Assembly: GCF_964194155.1 (NCBI RefSeq)
Contig: NC_135897.1
Location: 6,696,001 to 6,760,000 of the forward strand
Origin: Cetorhinus maximus
Taxonomy: Eukaryota
Direction of reading: 5' to 3'
Length of the DNA: 64,000 bases
A program made the translations under genes and the position numbers. Within the stretch, counting starts at the first letter, position 1. Each line of letters begins with the position of its first letter. The notes beneath the pieces are model-generated. The model was not told where the DNA came from. It saw nothing but the letters and a program-made list of their open reading frames with translations, and searched no databases. Below are positions 22,525 through 35,337 of this stretch, in pieces.

Positions 22525-23374
22525 TGTTACATTCCCTGCGGAGGAGCCATAGACCAAAATAACCACATTTTCTGAATGGCCCCCAAATGAAGTAATTACC
22601 AACAAGTTTCCACTTTTTATAGTTTTTACTTTATCATGAATCGGAACCAATGCGTATTAAACATGAATTAACAGGCAAATTATATTTTAAATAAAAAGTT
22701 GAATTTCACCTTATATAGTCAATACAACAAAGATACAGCTTATGCAACCACCCGTATCACGCCCCACAGACATGTGAAACCATGCGCAATTCCAAAATTC
22801 TTTAACTCAGCCTCTGGTGCCTAGGATCCCTCACTTCCCCACTCAATTGATCTGACCCTCCATTCGCATTCATTGACAGCCATATTCTATCTGAGGTCCC
22901 CGGAGATGATCGCCACCCAAATGGTACACTCCTGCAGATCCTCCTTAGCTAGGTTCATGACAGTCTTGATGGCACAGATTCCCCAGAGGCTCCTTTATTC
23001 CATCTCTTTAATTCACCCCATTAAATAGTCTGCTCAGCTCTGGCAAAACTTGGCAGCAGTAAAATTGTCCAATTCACAATCCCTTCTCTAACCCTGCCTT
23101 CAGCCTTCTATCCTGTTTAACTGTATTATACACACAGGCCCTTGTAAATGTGCCTTCTCTGTTCTCCTCTCTGCTGCAGCTCTCCTTTGTATCTGACCAC
23201 ATAGCTTTTGGTCTTAACTCGCTTCCTTATGGTACTGATTCCAAGTCAAGATTCACCAGGTCTTATTATCCAAGAAAATTACAATTGATCCCTTTACAAT
23301 GAATGCAAATTTTTAAAGTCCTTTTCAAACATTTTCAAAGAATTACAGATTTCACAGGCATTTCAAATATTACA
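22525..23374. mobile_element. Possible solo LTR (TG...CA)
   Basis: Starts tgttac and ends ttaca; composition like the other solo LTRs, but only a 3-bp aat flank match. Confidence 0.4.
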
Positions 23375-23417
23375 AATTTTCCTTACTCTCGTGCTTCTGG
23401 GTCAGAGGCTGACACAT

Positions 23418-23547
23418 CGGCTGTGATTTTCTGACCCTGTCATGGTAGGACCCGCTGCTGGAGATTTAGCAGCCCAGCCAAAAGTCCATTGACTTTCGGT
23501 GGGACCAGGCAATCCCGGTAGCAGCCGGGACTGGAAAATCCCACCCA
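23418..23547. mobile_element. Short Harbinger-type MITE, about 130 bp
   Basis: ggctgtgattttc ... gaaaatcccaccc ends, cat flanks, central aaagtccattgacttt palindrome. Confidence 0.6.
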
Positions 23548-24722
23548 CATTTTCCTAAAAAATTATAGTTGTGCAAGACAAGAAGTTTGTCTTTCTTTTA
23601 GAAATCCATTATAAACAATAATATTGATGTAAATGAAAAAAATGTTACAGCGCCAAAGGAATAAAAGTGGTTATACTGAGTGCATCTAAACCAATTATTC
23701 CATTCTGTTTTGCTCAACCTTAGAAACATGAAGGCATGTTCACCATTCATGAATCAGCAGAAAAACTAACTACCCTTCCCCTCCATAACCCAGCACAGTT
23801 AACAATCTTAAACTTCAGCAAAATCAGCATCCTTCACTCAATGAATTTTACAGTTACCAAACCCCACCCTCCACAAGTCAGCACAATTGCCAACCTCGTC
23901 CTTCCATGACTTGTCAGAGTCACTAACAATCCTCCCTACCCCCACCCTCCATTCCTCCCAAGGGTCAACACAATCTCTCCCTTCTTCACCTAGCCCAAGC
24001 ACAGTGGAGAACTGAAGCTCAGCCACGCAAGTGAGAACATACCATGATGGTGAGCCAACCTTGGCCATAGTCTGGTGTCTCCTAGATGTGACCTTCAGGG
24101 CAATATCAACAGTGGGTAAATGTCTACTTTTGAGACAGGAAATTGTGTGTGACAAAGTAGCAGAAAATAATTGGAAGACTGAGTGGAAAGGACAGAGTGA
24201 ATGAATGCATCTTCATCATTGTGTTTTCGTTTTGAGTAAAAAGACAGACTTGCCAGCCAGAAGCCACTATTAGCAGCTGAAACAGAGTCAATGCATAAGG
24301 AAAGCCAAGAGAGGCAGTGTTCAGCTTCATTCAGTATTTGCAAATGACCCAGACAACGAACAGGAAATGGAAATCACAGCACCAAATGATCAAATTTAAC
24401 TATTAAAAGACCAGGAACCATGTTTATAACTTCAAAAGAACTAAATTTAAAGAGCTGAGCAAAGAATTGAGGCAAATGGATGGGAGGATGATGATTTGCT
24501 CACGTTTCAGTAGAAGACAAATGAAGCACCTATAAAAGAATAATCCTGCACATACAGGACAAATACATAAGCAATATCAACAAACTCAGACTAAACAATG
24601 ACATCTTAAATATAGATGAACAAATTAAAAGTGAAATGAAGAGGGAAAATAACTGGTACAAATCAGGATCAGAGTGCCAGAATCTGTACAGATTGTGATC
24701 AGGTTTAATCTCTCTGAAACAG

Positions 24723-24888
24723 AAGCAGCAGCCTGACCCAGGTTAACGCCATGTTGCGGGAGCAACTGGAACAGGCCAACACAGCCAATCAGAGGCTTGC
24801 TGAGGATACCCGCAAGATCACCGTTGATTTCGGCAAAGCAAGAAATGAACTCGAGCACAGAGAAATGAGGCAGCGGTGGGAACAGGAG
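24723..24888 (+). CDS. CROCC2: Rootletin-family exon 4 in window
   Basis: aacag| (R)SSSLTQVNAMLREQLEQANTANQRLAEDTRKIT...RWEQE |gtagct; 166 bp, phase 2/0; motif QVNAMLREQL. Confidence 0.9.
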
Positions 24889-25367
24889 GTAGCTATCTGT
24901 CCAGAATTAGTCAGTGCTATCACACGTTCTCATTTCTACGCAACCCTGGTGGACAGTCTTATAAGACACAAAGTGAAAATGCTGCTGTGGCAACCATACT
25001 TGTGAGACAGTCTGCTTGGGTTGTAATAGGACCCCCAGTGCAAGCCCAAGCTGGCTCCCTCCTTATTGTTTTTCTCTGTCTGTTTTATTTTGTACGCTCA
25101 TTGTGGTAATGGTTGTCAGTGCTGGGAAATGGAACACTTTCCTGTTACCAGTGCCAGTATCACAGTCGGACAACACAGGAAAACCTTTACCCTGACAATA
25201 TTATGCCCTCAGAACTCTTCTTGTTACAACAAGAAGATATTTTCAGTTCTCCCCCTTCCCACCCCCTCACACCCATGAATGGCTGCTAATCGGTCTGCTA
25301 ATCCTTCCAACGCTTCTTCATTATTCCCAAGGGAAAAGTGTGTGAAGATGCAAAGCAATTAAATAAG

Positions 25368-27560
25368 GGGAGGCAGTGGCAAAATGGTATTGTCACTGGA
25401 CTGGTAATCCAGAGACCCAGGGTAATACTCTGGGGTCCCGGGTTTGAATCCCACCACAGCAGATGCTGGAATTTAAATTCAATGAGTATCTGGAATTAAA
25501 AGTCTAATGATGACCATGAAACCATTGTTGGTCGTCGTAAAAACCTGGTTCACTAATGCCCTTTAGGGTAGGAAATCTGCTGTCCTTACCTGGCCTACAT
25601 ATGACCCCATACCTGCAGCAATGTGGCTGACTCTTAAATACCTAGCAAGCTACTCAGTTATACCAAACTGCTAATCAGACAGACAATGACAGTGGCAAAC
25701 TCAGCCCTATGGACCCTGCAAAGTCCTCCTTACTAACATCTGGGGGCTTGTGCCAAAATTGAGAGAACTGAATGGTGGTGGACAATTAAACAACTCACTG
25801 GAGAAGGAAGCTCCACAAAAATCCCCACCCTCAATGATGGGGGAGCCCAGCACATCAGTGCAAAAGGTAAGGGCGAAGCATTTGCAACAATCTTCAGCCA
25901 GAAGTGCTGAATGGATGATCCATCTCATTCTCCAGAGGTCCCAAACGTCACAAATGCCAGTTTTTATCCAATTTGATCACTCCATGTGACATCAAAAAAC
26001 AGCTGAAGGCACTGGAGACTGCAAAGTGACAATATTCAAGCAATAGTACTGAAGACTTGTGCTCCAGGACTTGCTGCGCCCCTAGCCAAGCTGTTCTAGT
26101 ACAGCTACAACACTGGCATCTACCCGGCTATGTGGAAAATTGCCCAGGTATGTCCTGTAAACAAAAAGTAGGACAAATCCAACCTGGCCAATTACCGCCC
26201 CATCAATCTACTCTTGATCATCAGTAGAGTGATAGAAGGGGTCATCAACAGTACTATCAAGCGGCATTTGCTTAACAATAACCTGGTCACTGACGCTCAG
26301 TTTGGGTTCCGCCAGGGTAACCCAGCTCCTGGCCTCCTTACAGCCTTGGTTCAAACATGGACAAAAGAGCTGAACTCCAGAGGTGTGATGTGAGTTACTA
26401 CTCTTGACACCAAGGCAGCATTTGGTTGAGTGTGGCATCAGGGAGCCCTAGCAAAACTGGAGTCAATGGGAATCAGGGGGAAAACTCTCCATTGGTTGGA
26501 ATCATACCAAGCACAAAGGAAAATGGTTGTGGTTCTTAGAGGTCAATGATCTCAGTTCCAGGACATCATTGCAGAAGTTCCTCAGGGTAGTGCCCTCGAC
26601 CCAACCATCTTCAGTTGCTTCATTGCAGCTTCAGATTGAACCTTTTTTCAATCATAAGGTCAGAAGTGGGGATGTTTGCTGATGATTACACAATGTTCAG
26701 CACCATTCATGACTCCTCAGAAACTGAAGCAGTCCACGTCCAAATGCGACTAGACCTGCACAATATCCAGGCTTGGGCTGACAAGTGGCAAGTAACATTC
26801 GCAACACATAAGTTCCAGGCAATGACCATCTCCAACAAGAGAGAATCTAACCATCACCCCTTGACGATCAATGGCATTACCATCATTGAATCCCCCACTA
26901 TCAACATTCCGGGGGTTATCATTGATCAGAAACTGAACTGGACCAGCCATATAAATACAAGAGCAGGTCAGAGGCTAGGAATCCTGTGGTGAGTAACTCA
27001 CCTCCTAACTCCCCAAAGCCTGTCCACCATCTACAAGGCTCAAGTCAGGAGTGTGATGGAATACTCTCCACTTGCCTGGATGAGTGCAGCTCCAACAATA
27101 CTCAAGAAATTTGACACCATCCAGGACAAAGCAGCCCACTTGATTAGCATTACATCCTCAAACAGTCACTTCCTCCACCACCAATGCACAGTGGCAGCAG
27201 TGTGTACCATCTACAAGATGCACTGTAGGAACTCACCAAGCCTACTTAAACAGCACCTTCCAAACTCATGACCATTACCATTTAGAAGGACTTGGGCTGC
27301 GGCCACATGGGAACACCATCACCTGGAAGCTCCCTCCAGGCCACTCATCATCCTGACTTGGAAATATATTGCCATTCCTTCATTGTCACTGGGTCAAAAT
27401 CCTGGAACGCCCTCCCTAACAGCACTGTAGGTAAACCTACACCACATGGACTGCAGTGGTTCAAGAAGGCAGCTCACCAGTACCTGCTAAAGGGCAACTA
27501 GGGATGGGTAATTAATGCTGGCCTAGTCCATGATGCCCATGTCCCATGAATAAATAAAAA
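25368..27560 (+). mobile_element. HER1-like CR1-clade LINE with an HE1-SINE-like tRNA-derived 5' head and an internal deletion
   Basis: tRNA-like A box and B box (gggtttgaatccc) at about 25375-25455; then ORF start ...ctaacatctgggggcttgtgccaaaattg; RT motifs NYRPI, QFGFR, PQGS, MFADD; tail agggcaactagggatggg...cccatgaataaataaaaa. Confidence 0.85.
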
Positions 27561-29627
27561 CCCATAAATAATCCTGTGGGCCTTTTTAATGAGGCTTCAA
27601 TTAAAGAGCTTTTCAATTCCTAGAGTGTAAGTTTCCTGGCAGAAGTGCAATTTGTTGGGGGTGCATCTGTGATTCCCCAACATATGCTCACAATGGATAA
27701 GGCCCCTTGCTAGGAGCACATCTTTGTAAAATTGACTCTTCGGTGTCACCACAGCATTTTTGTACTCTGGACCTATGCCCATCAGAGACTCAATATGATG
27801 CCAGGAGTAGTCAGAAACTCATACCCAGCACATGCTAAATTTAAATATGGGTCAGGAGTGGGCGAGAACCTGACTGGAGAATGAAATTGGAACATTTCCC
27901 GTCTTTACCTGCTCGAGAGTTTTCCTTGAAATCACTTTAAGGGATTTGACTACAAACCTGTTAAAATGACTTCACCAAAGACATAAAAGTTGTTTGAAAG
28001 TTTTCATGGTTTGAGCGGTAACATTAAATAAGACAATTTTAACATTTACACCACGTAAAAATTGCTTTGAGAAGAGCAGCTGTTACCTTAAAGGAGTTCC
28101 TTAGAGGAGCTGGTGGACCTCAACATATCAGTGTGTCCTGCCCATCATCTGGAGGAATGACTGGAACAGGAGAAAGAGGTAGTTACATATCATGGAGGTT
28201 GGGAATATGGCAGGACCTTGCTGCTGGCCAGGCTACTGTGTTTATAATAGTTCAGTACATATTGGAATTCCTGTTACTGATTGGTTATCTGTGCAGAATG
28301 GATGGTAATGTGTTTGTGTAAGGGTAATCAGATGTCTCTGATGAGGAGGCTGCTATCTAGGGGGACAATGTGGCGCTGGTAGATCTCCATGGCCTCCCTG
28401 ATGCATGATGGGTAAGGTAAGTCTAGAGTTGGATCATTGGATGTGATGGTTATTAAGTTGAGCGTGTTTAACAATAGCTGACTTGTCCCATTCACTGCAT
28501 TTGAAGTGAGCTTGATGTTTTTTGAGTTATGTGTAGGCTGTAGCCTGTTTCTCCAATGTAGGCAGGTCCACAATCGCATGGTCTGCTGTAAATTCATGAT
28601 TTATTACGAAATGGCTTCTTGCCTTTGTGGGTATGAAGGGTGGAGTGGAGTTCCTTCGATAACTTGTGTGGGACTTTGATATCCACAGATTGAGTACACA
28701 TTGTAATCCGTGTGAGGTGGAATTGATTTTTGTCTTTGTAGAACTGACTTTTGTCTTTGTAGAAATAGTTGTTATGGAGTGAGTAGCAGGTAGGTATGTG
28801 TTAGCCTTGTGTGAAGAGAACCCATTAAGCTAATGTATAGGCTTGATATTGCAAAGTTCTTGTGGCTGTTTCTTGTCACTGATGGAATAGGCCCTTCTAA
28901 TGAGGGTGTTGTAAACCAATTGGAGGGTGGAGGGATGATTGAAAGTAGGATGATGGTATCTGTCAGTGTGAGTGGGTTTACGGTAGACTTGATGTATTGG
29001 TGTGCCACGATGAGACTTGGTGATGGGAACATCAAGAAATGGTGTGGAATGTTGTTGTTCCATTTCCACAGTAAAATTAATACTCAAATATTGGTTTTTA
29101 AGGTGTTGTAGGAAACTATGAAATTCTCTCCTATCACCTAGCCATTTGACAGAAGTGTCATCTACATATCAAAGCCAGAGTCTAGTTTGAAGGCTAGTTG
29201 ATTGAAGTGCTGCTTGTCCATAAAGATGTAGGTGACAATTGGTGACAATGGAGACCCCATAGCAGCACCATTTGTTTGAAATAGGAACCTCATCATTAGA
29301 ATGATGCTGAGTTCAGGCACATCAGTAGAAGATTCAATCTGATGACATTGCAGTTCTGTTGGATAAGGAGTAGTCTCCTTCCAAGCATTGTTTGATGATA
29401 AGACAAGCTTCTGAGATGGATTCATTGATGAAAAGTGACTCAACGTCAAAACTCACCATTGTGTCTGACAAGATGATTATGATTTGCTGTATCCCCTTAA
29501 TGAAATGTTTAGAATTTGTGATGTGGTGTGTGCATTTCCCCATTAATGGCTGGAGAATTCTGGCTAGGTGTTGAACTGTCATGTATATTGGAGAACCTTT
29601 AATGGAGATGATCAGTCTTAGTAGAGC

Positions 29628-32320
29628 ATGACCATCACCATCTCTGGATATGTCCTGTCCCACAGGCAGGACAGACCCATTAGAGGTGGCGTCACAGTGG
29701 TATACAGTCAGGAGGGAGTTGCCCTGGAAGTCCTCAATATCGACTCTGGACCCCATGAAGTCTCATTGCAGCAGGTAAAACATGGGCAAGGAAACCTCCT
29801 GCTGATTACCACATACTGCACCCACCACCACCCCCCGCCGCACCACCCCCGCCCCCTCACCCCTGCCGCCCAGCTGATGAATCAGTGCTCCTCCATGTTG
29901 AACACCACTTGGAGGAAGCACTGAGGGCGGCAAGGGCATAGAATGTACCCTGGGAGAGGAACTTCAATGTCCATCACCAAGACGGGATTGGTAGCACCAC
30001 TACCGATTGAGCTGGCCGGGTCCTAAAGGACATAGCTGCTTGACTGGGACTGCAGCAGGTGGTGAGGGAATCAACAACAGGGAACCAATAAGAGCGAAAA
30101 ACATACTTGACCTCGTCCTCACCAACCTGACTATGGTAGATGCATCTGCCCATGACTGTATCAATAGGCGTGACCACTGCACAGTCCTTATGGAGACGAA
30201 GTCCCGTCTTCGCTTTGAGGATACCCTCCATTGTGTTGTGTAGTACCACCGTGCTAAATGGGATAGATTTTGAACAGATCTAGCAACTCAAGACTGGGCA
30301 ACTTTGAGGTGCTGTGGGCCATCAGCAGCAGCAGAATTGTACTCAACCACAATCTGTAACCTCATGGCCTGGCATATCCCCCATTCTACCATTACCACCA
30401 AGCTAGGGGATCAACCCTGGTTCAATGAAGAGTCACCAGGCAAACCTATAAATGAGGTGTCAGCCTGGTGAAGCTACACATGGCTACTTGTGTGCCAAAC
30501 AGCTAAGCAACAAGTGATAGAAAGAGATAAGCAATTCCACAACAAACAGTTGAGCTCTAAGCTTTGCAGTCCTGCCGTATCCAGTCATGTATGGTGGTGG
30601 ACAATTAAGCAATTCACTGGAGGAGGTGGCTCCACAAATATCCCCATCTCCAATGATGGGGGAGCCCAACACATCAGTGCAAAAGGTAAGGCTGAAGCAT
30701 TTACAACAATCTTCAGCCAGAAGTGCCAAGTGGATGATTCATCTCGAACTCCTGCGGAAGTCCACAACGTCAAGATGCCAACCTTCAGCCAATTTGATTC
30801 TCTCCACTTGATATCAAGAAATGGCTGAAGGCACTGGATGCTGCAAAGGCTATGGGCCCTGACAATATTCCAGCAATAGCACTGAAGACTTGTGCTCCAG
30901 AACTTGCCATATCCCTAGCCAAGCTGTTCCAGTACAACTACCCGGCTATGTGGAAAATCGCCCAGCTATGTCCCGTACACAAAAAGCAGGACAAATCAAA
31001 CCCGGCCAATTACCGCCCCATCAGTCTACTCTCGATTGTCAGTAAAGTGATGGAAGGGGTCATCAACAGTGCTATCAAGCGGCACTTGCATAGCAATAAT
31101 CTGGTCACTGATGCTCAGTTTGGGTTCCGCCAAGGCCACTCAGCTCTTGACTTCATTACAGTCTTGATTCAAACATGGACAAAAAAGCTGAACTTCAGAG
31201 GTAATCTGAGAGTAACTGTCCTTGACACCAAGGCAGCATTTAACTGAGTGTGGCATCAAGGAGCCCTAGCAAAACTGGAGTCAATGGGAATCAGGGGGAA
31301 AGCTCTCTCCTGGTTGAAGTCATACCTAGCATGAAGGAAGATGGTTGTGGTTCTGGGAGGGCAATGGTCTCAGTTCCAGGACATCACTGCAGGAGTTCCT
31401 CAAGTAGTATACTAGGCTTGACCTTCCATCATAAGGTCAGAAGTGGGGATGTTCGCTGATGATTGCATAATGTTCAGCACCATTTGTGACTCCTCAGATA
31501 CTGATGTAGTCAATGTCCAAATGCAGAAAGACCTGGACAGTATCCAGGCTTGAGTTGACAAGCGGCATGTAACATTTGTGCCACACAAGTGCCAGGCAAT
31601 GACCATCTCCAACAAGAGAGAATCCAAGCATCATTCCTTGCCATTCAATGGCATTTTCATCGCTGAATTCCCCACTATCAACATCCTGGGGTTTACCATT
31701 GACCAGAAACTGCACTTGACTAGCCATATAAATACTGTGGCTATAAGAGCAGATCAGAGGCTAGGGATCACCTCCTGACTTCACAAAGCCTGTCCACCAT
31801 CGACAAGGCACAAGTCAGGAGTGTGATGGAATACTCTCCACTTGCCTGGATGAGTGCATCTGCAACAACACTGAAGGAGCTTGTCACCATCCAGAACAAA
31901 GCAGCCCACTTGATTGGCACCCCATACACAAACATTCACTCCCTCCACCACCAACGCACAGTAGCAGCAGTGTGTACCATCTATAAGATGCACTGCAGTA
32001 ACTCATCCAGTTTCCTTAGATGGCACCTTCCAAACACACGTCCGCTCTAGAAGAACAAGGGCAGCAGACGCATAGGAACATCACCACCTGGAAGTTTCCC
32101 TCCAAGACACTCACCATTCTGACTTGGAAATATATCGCAGTTCCTTCACTGTCACTGGGTCAGAATCCTGGAACACCCTCCCTAACAGCACTATGGGTGT
32201 ACCTACACCACATGGACTGCAGCGGTTCAAGAAGGCAGTTCACCATCACTTTCTCAAGGGCAATTAGGGATGGATAATTAATGCTGGCCCAGCCAACGAA
32301 GCCACATCCTGTCAATGTAT
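29628..32320 (+). mobile_element. HER1-like CR1-clade LINE, 5'-truncated in the APE domain, nested in the Penelope element
   Basis: TITISGYVLSHRQDRP..GG (APE), NILDLVLTN, GPDNIP, NYRPISLLS, QFGFRQG, MFADD; same 3' tail as 25368-27560. Confidence 0.9.
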
Positions 32321-33167
32321 TTTTTTAAAAATTGGTCTATGTATCTTGGGTTGTCCAAGTAAAATTGGACAGGAAAGAAAGGTAATATGAAGTTTATTAC
32401 ATAGAGCCTCGGATAAACATTATCTCTGTGTAGAGAGAGTAACTTGATATTGATTTTCCACTCAATAGCAGGGTAGGGCCTCTGGGGAATTTCTTGTAGG
32501 TACCTGTGTTGAGGAGATATTGAATCTTGTTGTTCTCTTCTTGGTCCAATGTGACTATGGAATTTCTCTTGCCAGCAGTAAGTATATGGATTGAAGCGTG
32601 TAAACAAAGGTCATTGAATGCTGCTTTCTCTGCCTTGTTGATGTTGGATTTGGGTTGTTTTGCTGTGGAAAGCCCTTGCAGACCTGTCTACATTGGGTAA
32701 ACAGGCCACAATCTTCACGTTAGACTTAAGGAGCATCAAACCTACTTCAAATGCAATGAATGGGACAAGTCAGCTATTGTCAAACACACTCAGCTTCATA
32801 ACCATCACATCCAATGGTCCAACCCTAGACTTGTCTCATCCATCATGCACTAGCATGCATGCCTCGTCAGAGAGGCCATGGAAATCTGCCAAAACCATAC
32901 CATCCCCCAAGACTTCTTATCAGTGACACCTGGCTTCCCTTGTTCAAGAAGCATATTACCATCCATTCCGCACAGTCAACCAATCAGAAGCAAGAATGTT
33001 AACATGTACTAACCTATTATAAACACAATAGCCTGCCCAATCAGCAGCATATTCCCATGCATATCCCCATCCTCCACCCCTTTCACCTGTTCCAGTCATT
33101 CCTCCAGGTGACAGGCAGAGTACGTTGTCCAAAATGTCTAGGTCTGCGAGGTCTTCTCAGCTGAATT

Positions 33168-33432
33168 GTGGTGCAGTGGGTAGCATCCCTGCCTCTAAGC
33201 AAGAAGCTCCAGTTTTGAGTCTCACCCTAGGATTTGATGGCCAAGGTAGCTGCATTCGTAAAGCCCACAAACACACCAATGTCATGCAGTAAGAGCAGGA
33301 GAGATTCCTGGTCAGTCTTGTGATGGAAAGAGTGTTGGAGCCTCTACCATCAATATCGATAGCTCCAGACTACAATATTCATTTGTTGTCACAGAAACAC
33401 AGACTCCCTGAGTGACTTGTAACACACCACAC
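33168..33432 (+). mobile_element. Second tRNA-derived SINE family. Other copies at about 45470-45760 and 51036-51345
   Basis: Shared head gtggygcagtgg...gagtcycac...aggayttgatg and core agagcaggagag(a/t)ttcct(g/a)gtcag. Confidence 0.7.
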
Positions 33433-33623
33433 CATTCCTTCTAAGGAACTCTTTTAAAGTAACAACTGCTATTTTCAGGACAAACTTTCCGTGGTATACT
33501 GTTAAAAATTGTCTTAATCAATGTTAACAAAGACTTCTGTTCATTGCCCTTTGAATGGCAATGTCAAAAGAAACAGAAGGTATCAGAAAAAAAACTATCT
33601 ATTTTGTCTCTTGTATTTTTCAG

Positions 33624-33730
33624 ACCTATGGCTTGCGCCCTCGTGGTGAGCATGGCAGGCTGCTGACGCTATGGCAGCAGATAGCTACGGTCCGCAGTGA
33701 GCTCACTGGTTTGAGGAGTGGGACGGAGCG
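33624..33730 (+). CDS. CROCC2: Rootletin-family exon 5 in window
   Basis: tatttttcag| TYGLRPRGEHGRLLTLWQQIATVRSELTGLRSGTE(R) cg|gtaagt; 107 bp, phase 0/2; resembles rootletin EHSRLLLLWRQ...TER. Confidence 0.88.
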
Positions 33731-34400
33731 GTAAGTCCTGTTAGCTGATGGATGGGACTGGATCATGGTCACAGCAAGAAAGAAGAAATCCTCCCTAATT
33801 TAAAGCATTAGGTACAACCATGGTTACTCCTGACTAGCTTCAAATAACCCAGCGTAGCACTTGGCACCTTCTTTACAGGAACGTAGAGATTGCTAGATAA
33901 AATAAAACAAGATCCATTCAGTTTGCCTTCTACTATGGTTCAATTGGTAGCACTCTTGTTTTTGAGTCAGAATGTTCCAGATTCAAGTCCCACTCCAATA
34001 CTTGAGCACGAAAATTAAGACTGGCATTCCGGCACAGCACTGAGGGAGCATTGCACTGCCAAAGGCGCCATTTCAAGGGAGCCAGTGACATTTGCAATGC
34101 AGCACTATATCATGGCAGTCTAGATACGCTGCCATTTTCTGAATTTTTGTTCATTGAACCTAGGAACTTAGCAACTCGCGCAGTTGAGTTAATCTTTTAA
34201 TGACGCTGTCTATGCCCAAATAGATGACGTTGCCTTGGAATCTCCTCTAGGCCCAGCTCATGTTAACATTTCTTCGGTTTCCGCGAGAAATGCATTTTCA
34301 ATGGAATGACCCCTAACCTCCTACCCCTTGCATGTTCCCGATAAGTAGATGATACGTTTGCTTTGTTTGAATCTGCAGCTGCATGTAAGAATTTCCTTAC

Positions 34401-35337
34401 TGTTACAGACCAAGATAGGAGGAGTGTGCAGTTAATTCTAGCCCCGCTTCTCTACAGGTTGTATAAATAGTTCAAATGTTTAATTCACCCAAAATGCTGG
34501 CCAATTATTTACCTTTGACACTGTTAATCCCAGCATAAAAAGATTCTAACCAGGCTTCTTTCATTAAACATAAAAATAATTGATTTATTATAAAACAAAC
34601 TGCTTTTTAAAAACAAGTTAATAAACTAGCTAACATACGAGTTGTAGCATAACGATTTTCCCCTTTTTAAAAAAAAAATAGATATTCGAACCCCCATACA
34701 CCCCATACACATAAATATAAAACAAACGGAGTCCCCTGCAGAGGCTGGAGTATGGGAGCATTTCTTTTAAAAGGATAAAATCTGAAGAAATCTCAATGCT
34801 GTTAATGTAACAGAATTCTGGTCACACTAGTTCCTTCAGACAGATTTTCTGGTCAAACTGCCCTTAACGACTCTTACTTATCACAAGTTTGCGAACTCTC
34901 AAAATAACTTATCCGATGAGACGTTTCTGAGGAAAGTTAACTCACTCTGGATTGCATGTAACACAAAGGGGGCGCAGAGAGAGGGAAAGAGAGTGTCTTT
35001 TCTTGCAGCCTGCTTCTAGGGCATCCACACGCTCACTCTGACTGAGAGCCTTTTAGACTAAGATGTTCAAAGAATACTTCTCTTGGTCAGGTGTTTTAAC
35101 CAGTCAGCAAGAATCTTTAGCCTGGCAACAGTAGTTCTCTGTTAACTTATATATACAAAGTATCTTCCTTCTCCAGGTGTCCCCCGCTGGACATGCATCC
35201 GTTGACCCGTGGTTTCTTGAAAAATGGCATATTTACAGCCCCAAATTAATATTGCAAACTTTTTTTAAAAATAGCTCAGGAGGAAGAATGTCCAAAATTC
35301 AATGTCCTTCAATTTTTCCAAAAACAGGTTCCTCACA
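34401..35337. mobile_element. Solo LTR, 937 bp, TG...CA, TSD TTAC
   Basis: ttac|tgttaca...cctcaca|ttac; removing it restores Penelope RT codons NFLTHLN. Confidence 0.9.

Larger units (their letters stand above)
28020..33527 (-). mobile_element. Old Penelope-like element (RT + GIY-YIG) with a long inverted terminal duplication; interrupted by a LINE and a SINE
   Basis: Minus-strand MVSFDVESLF, QTNGAAMGSPLSPIV, FTVEMEQ..PFLDV..VYRKPTHTDRY; 28020-28570 is an inverted, diverged copy of 32681-33527. Confidence 0.85.

Noticed and set aside
25368-25460. tRNA gene
   Set aside because: A/B boxes are present, but there is no convincing cloverleaf and it continues into SINE/LINE body; the same applies to the other SINE heads.
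33095-33145. Hammerhead in the pLTR of the 28020-33527 Penelope element (mirror at about 28117-28155)
   Set aside because: The position fits, but both CUGANGA and GAAA cores are too degenerate to support a call.
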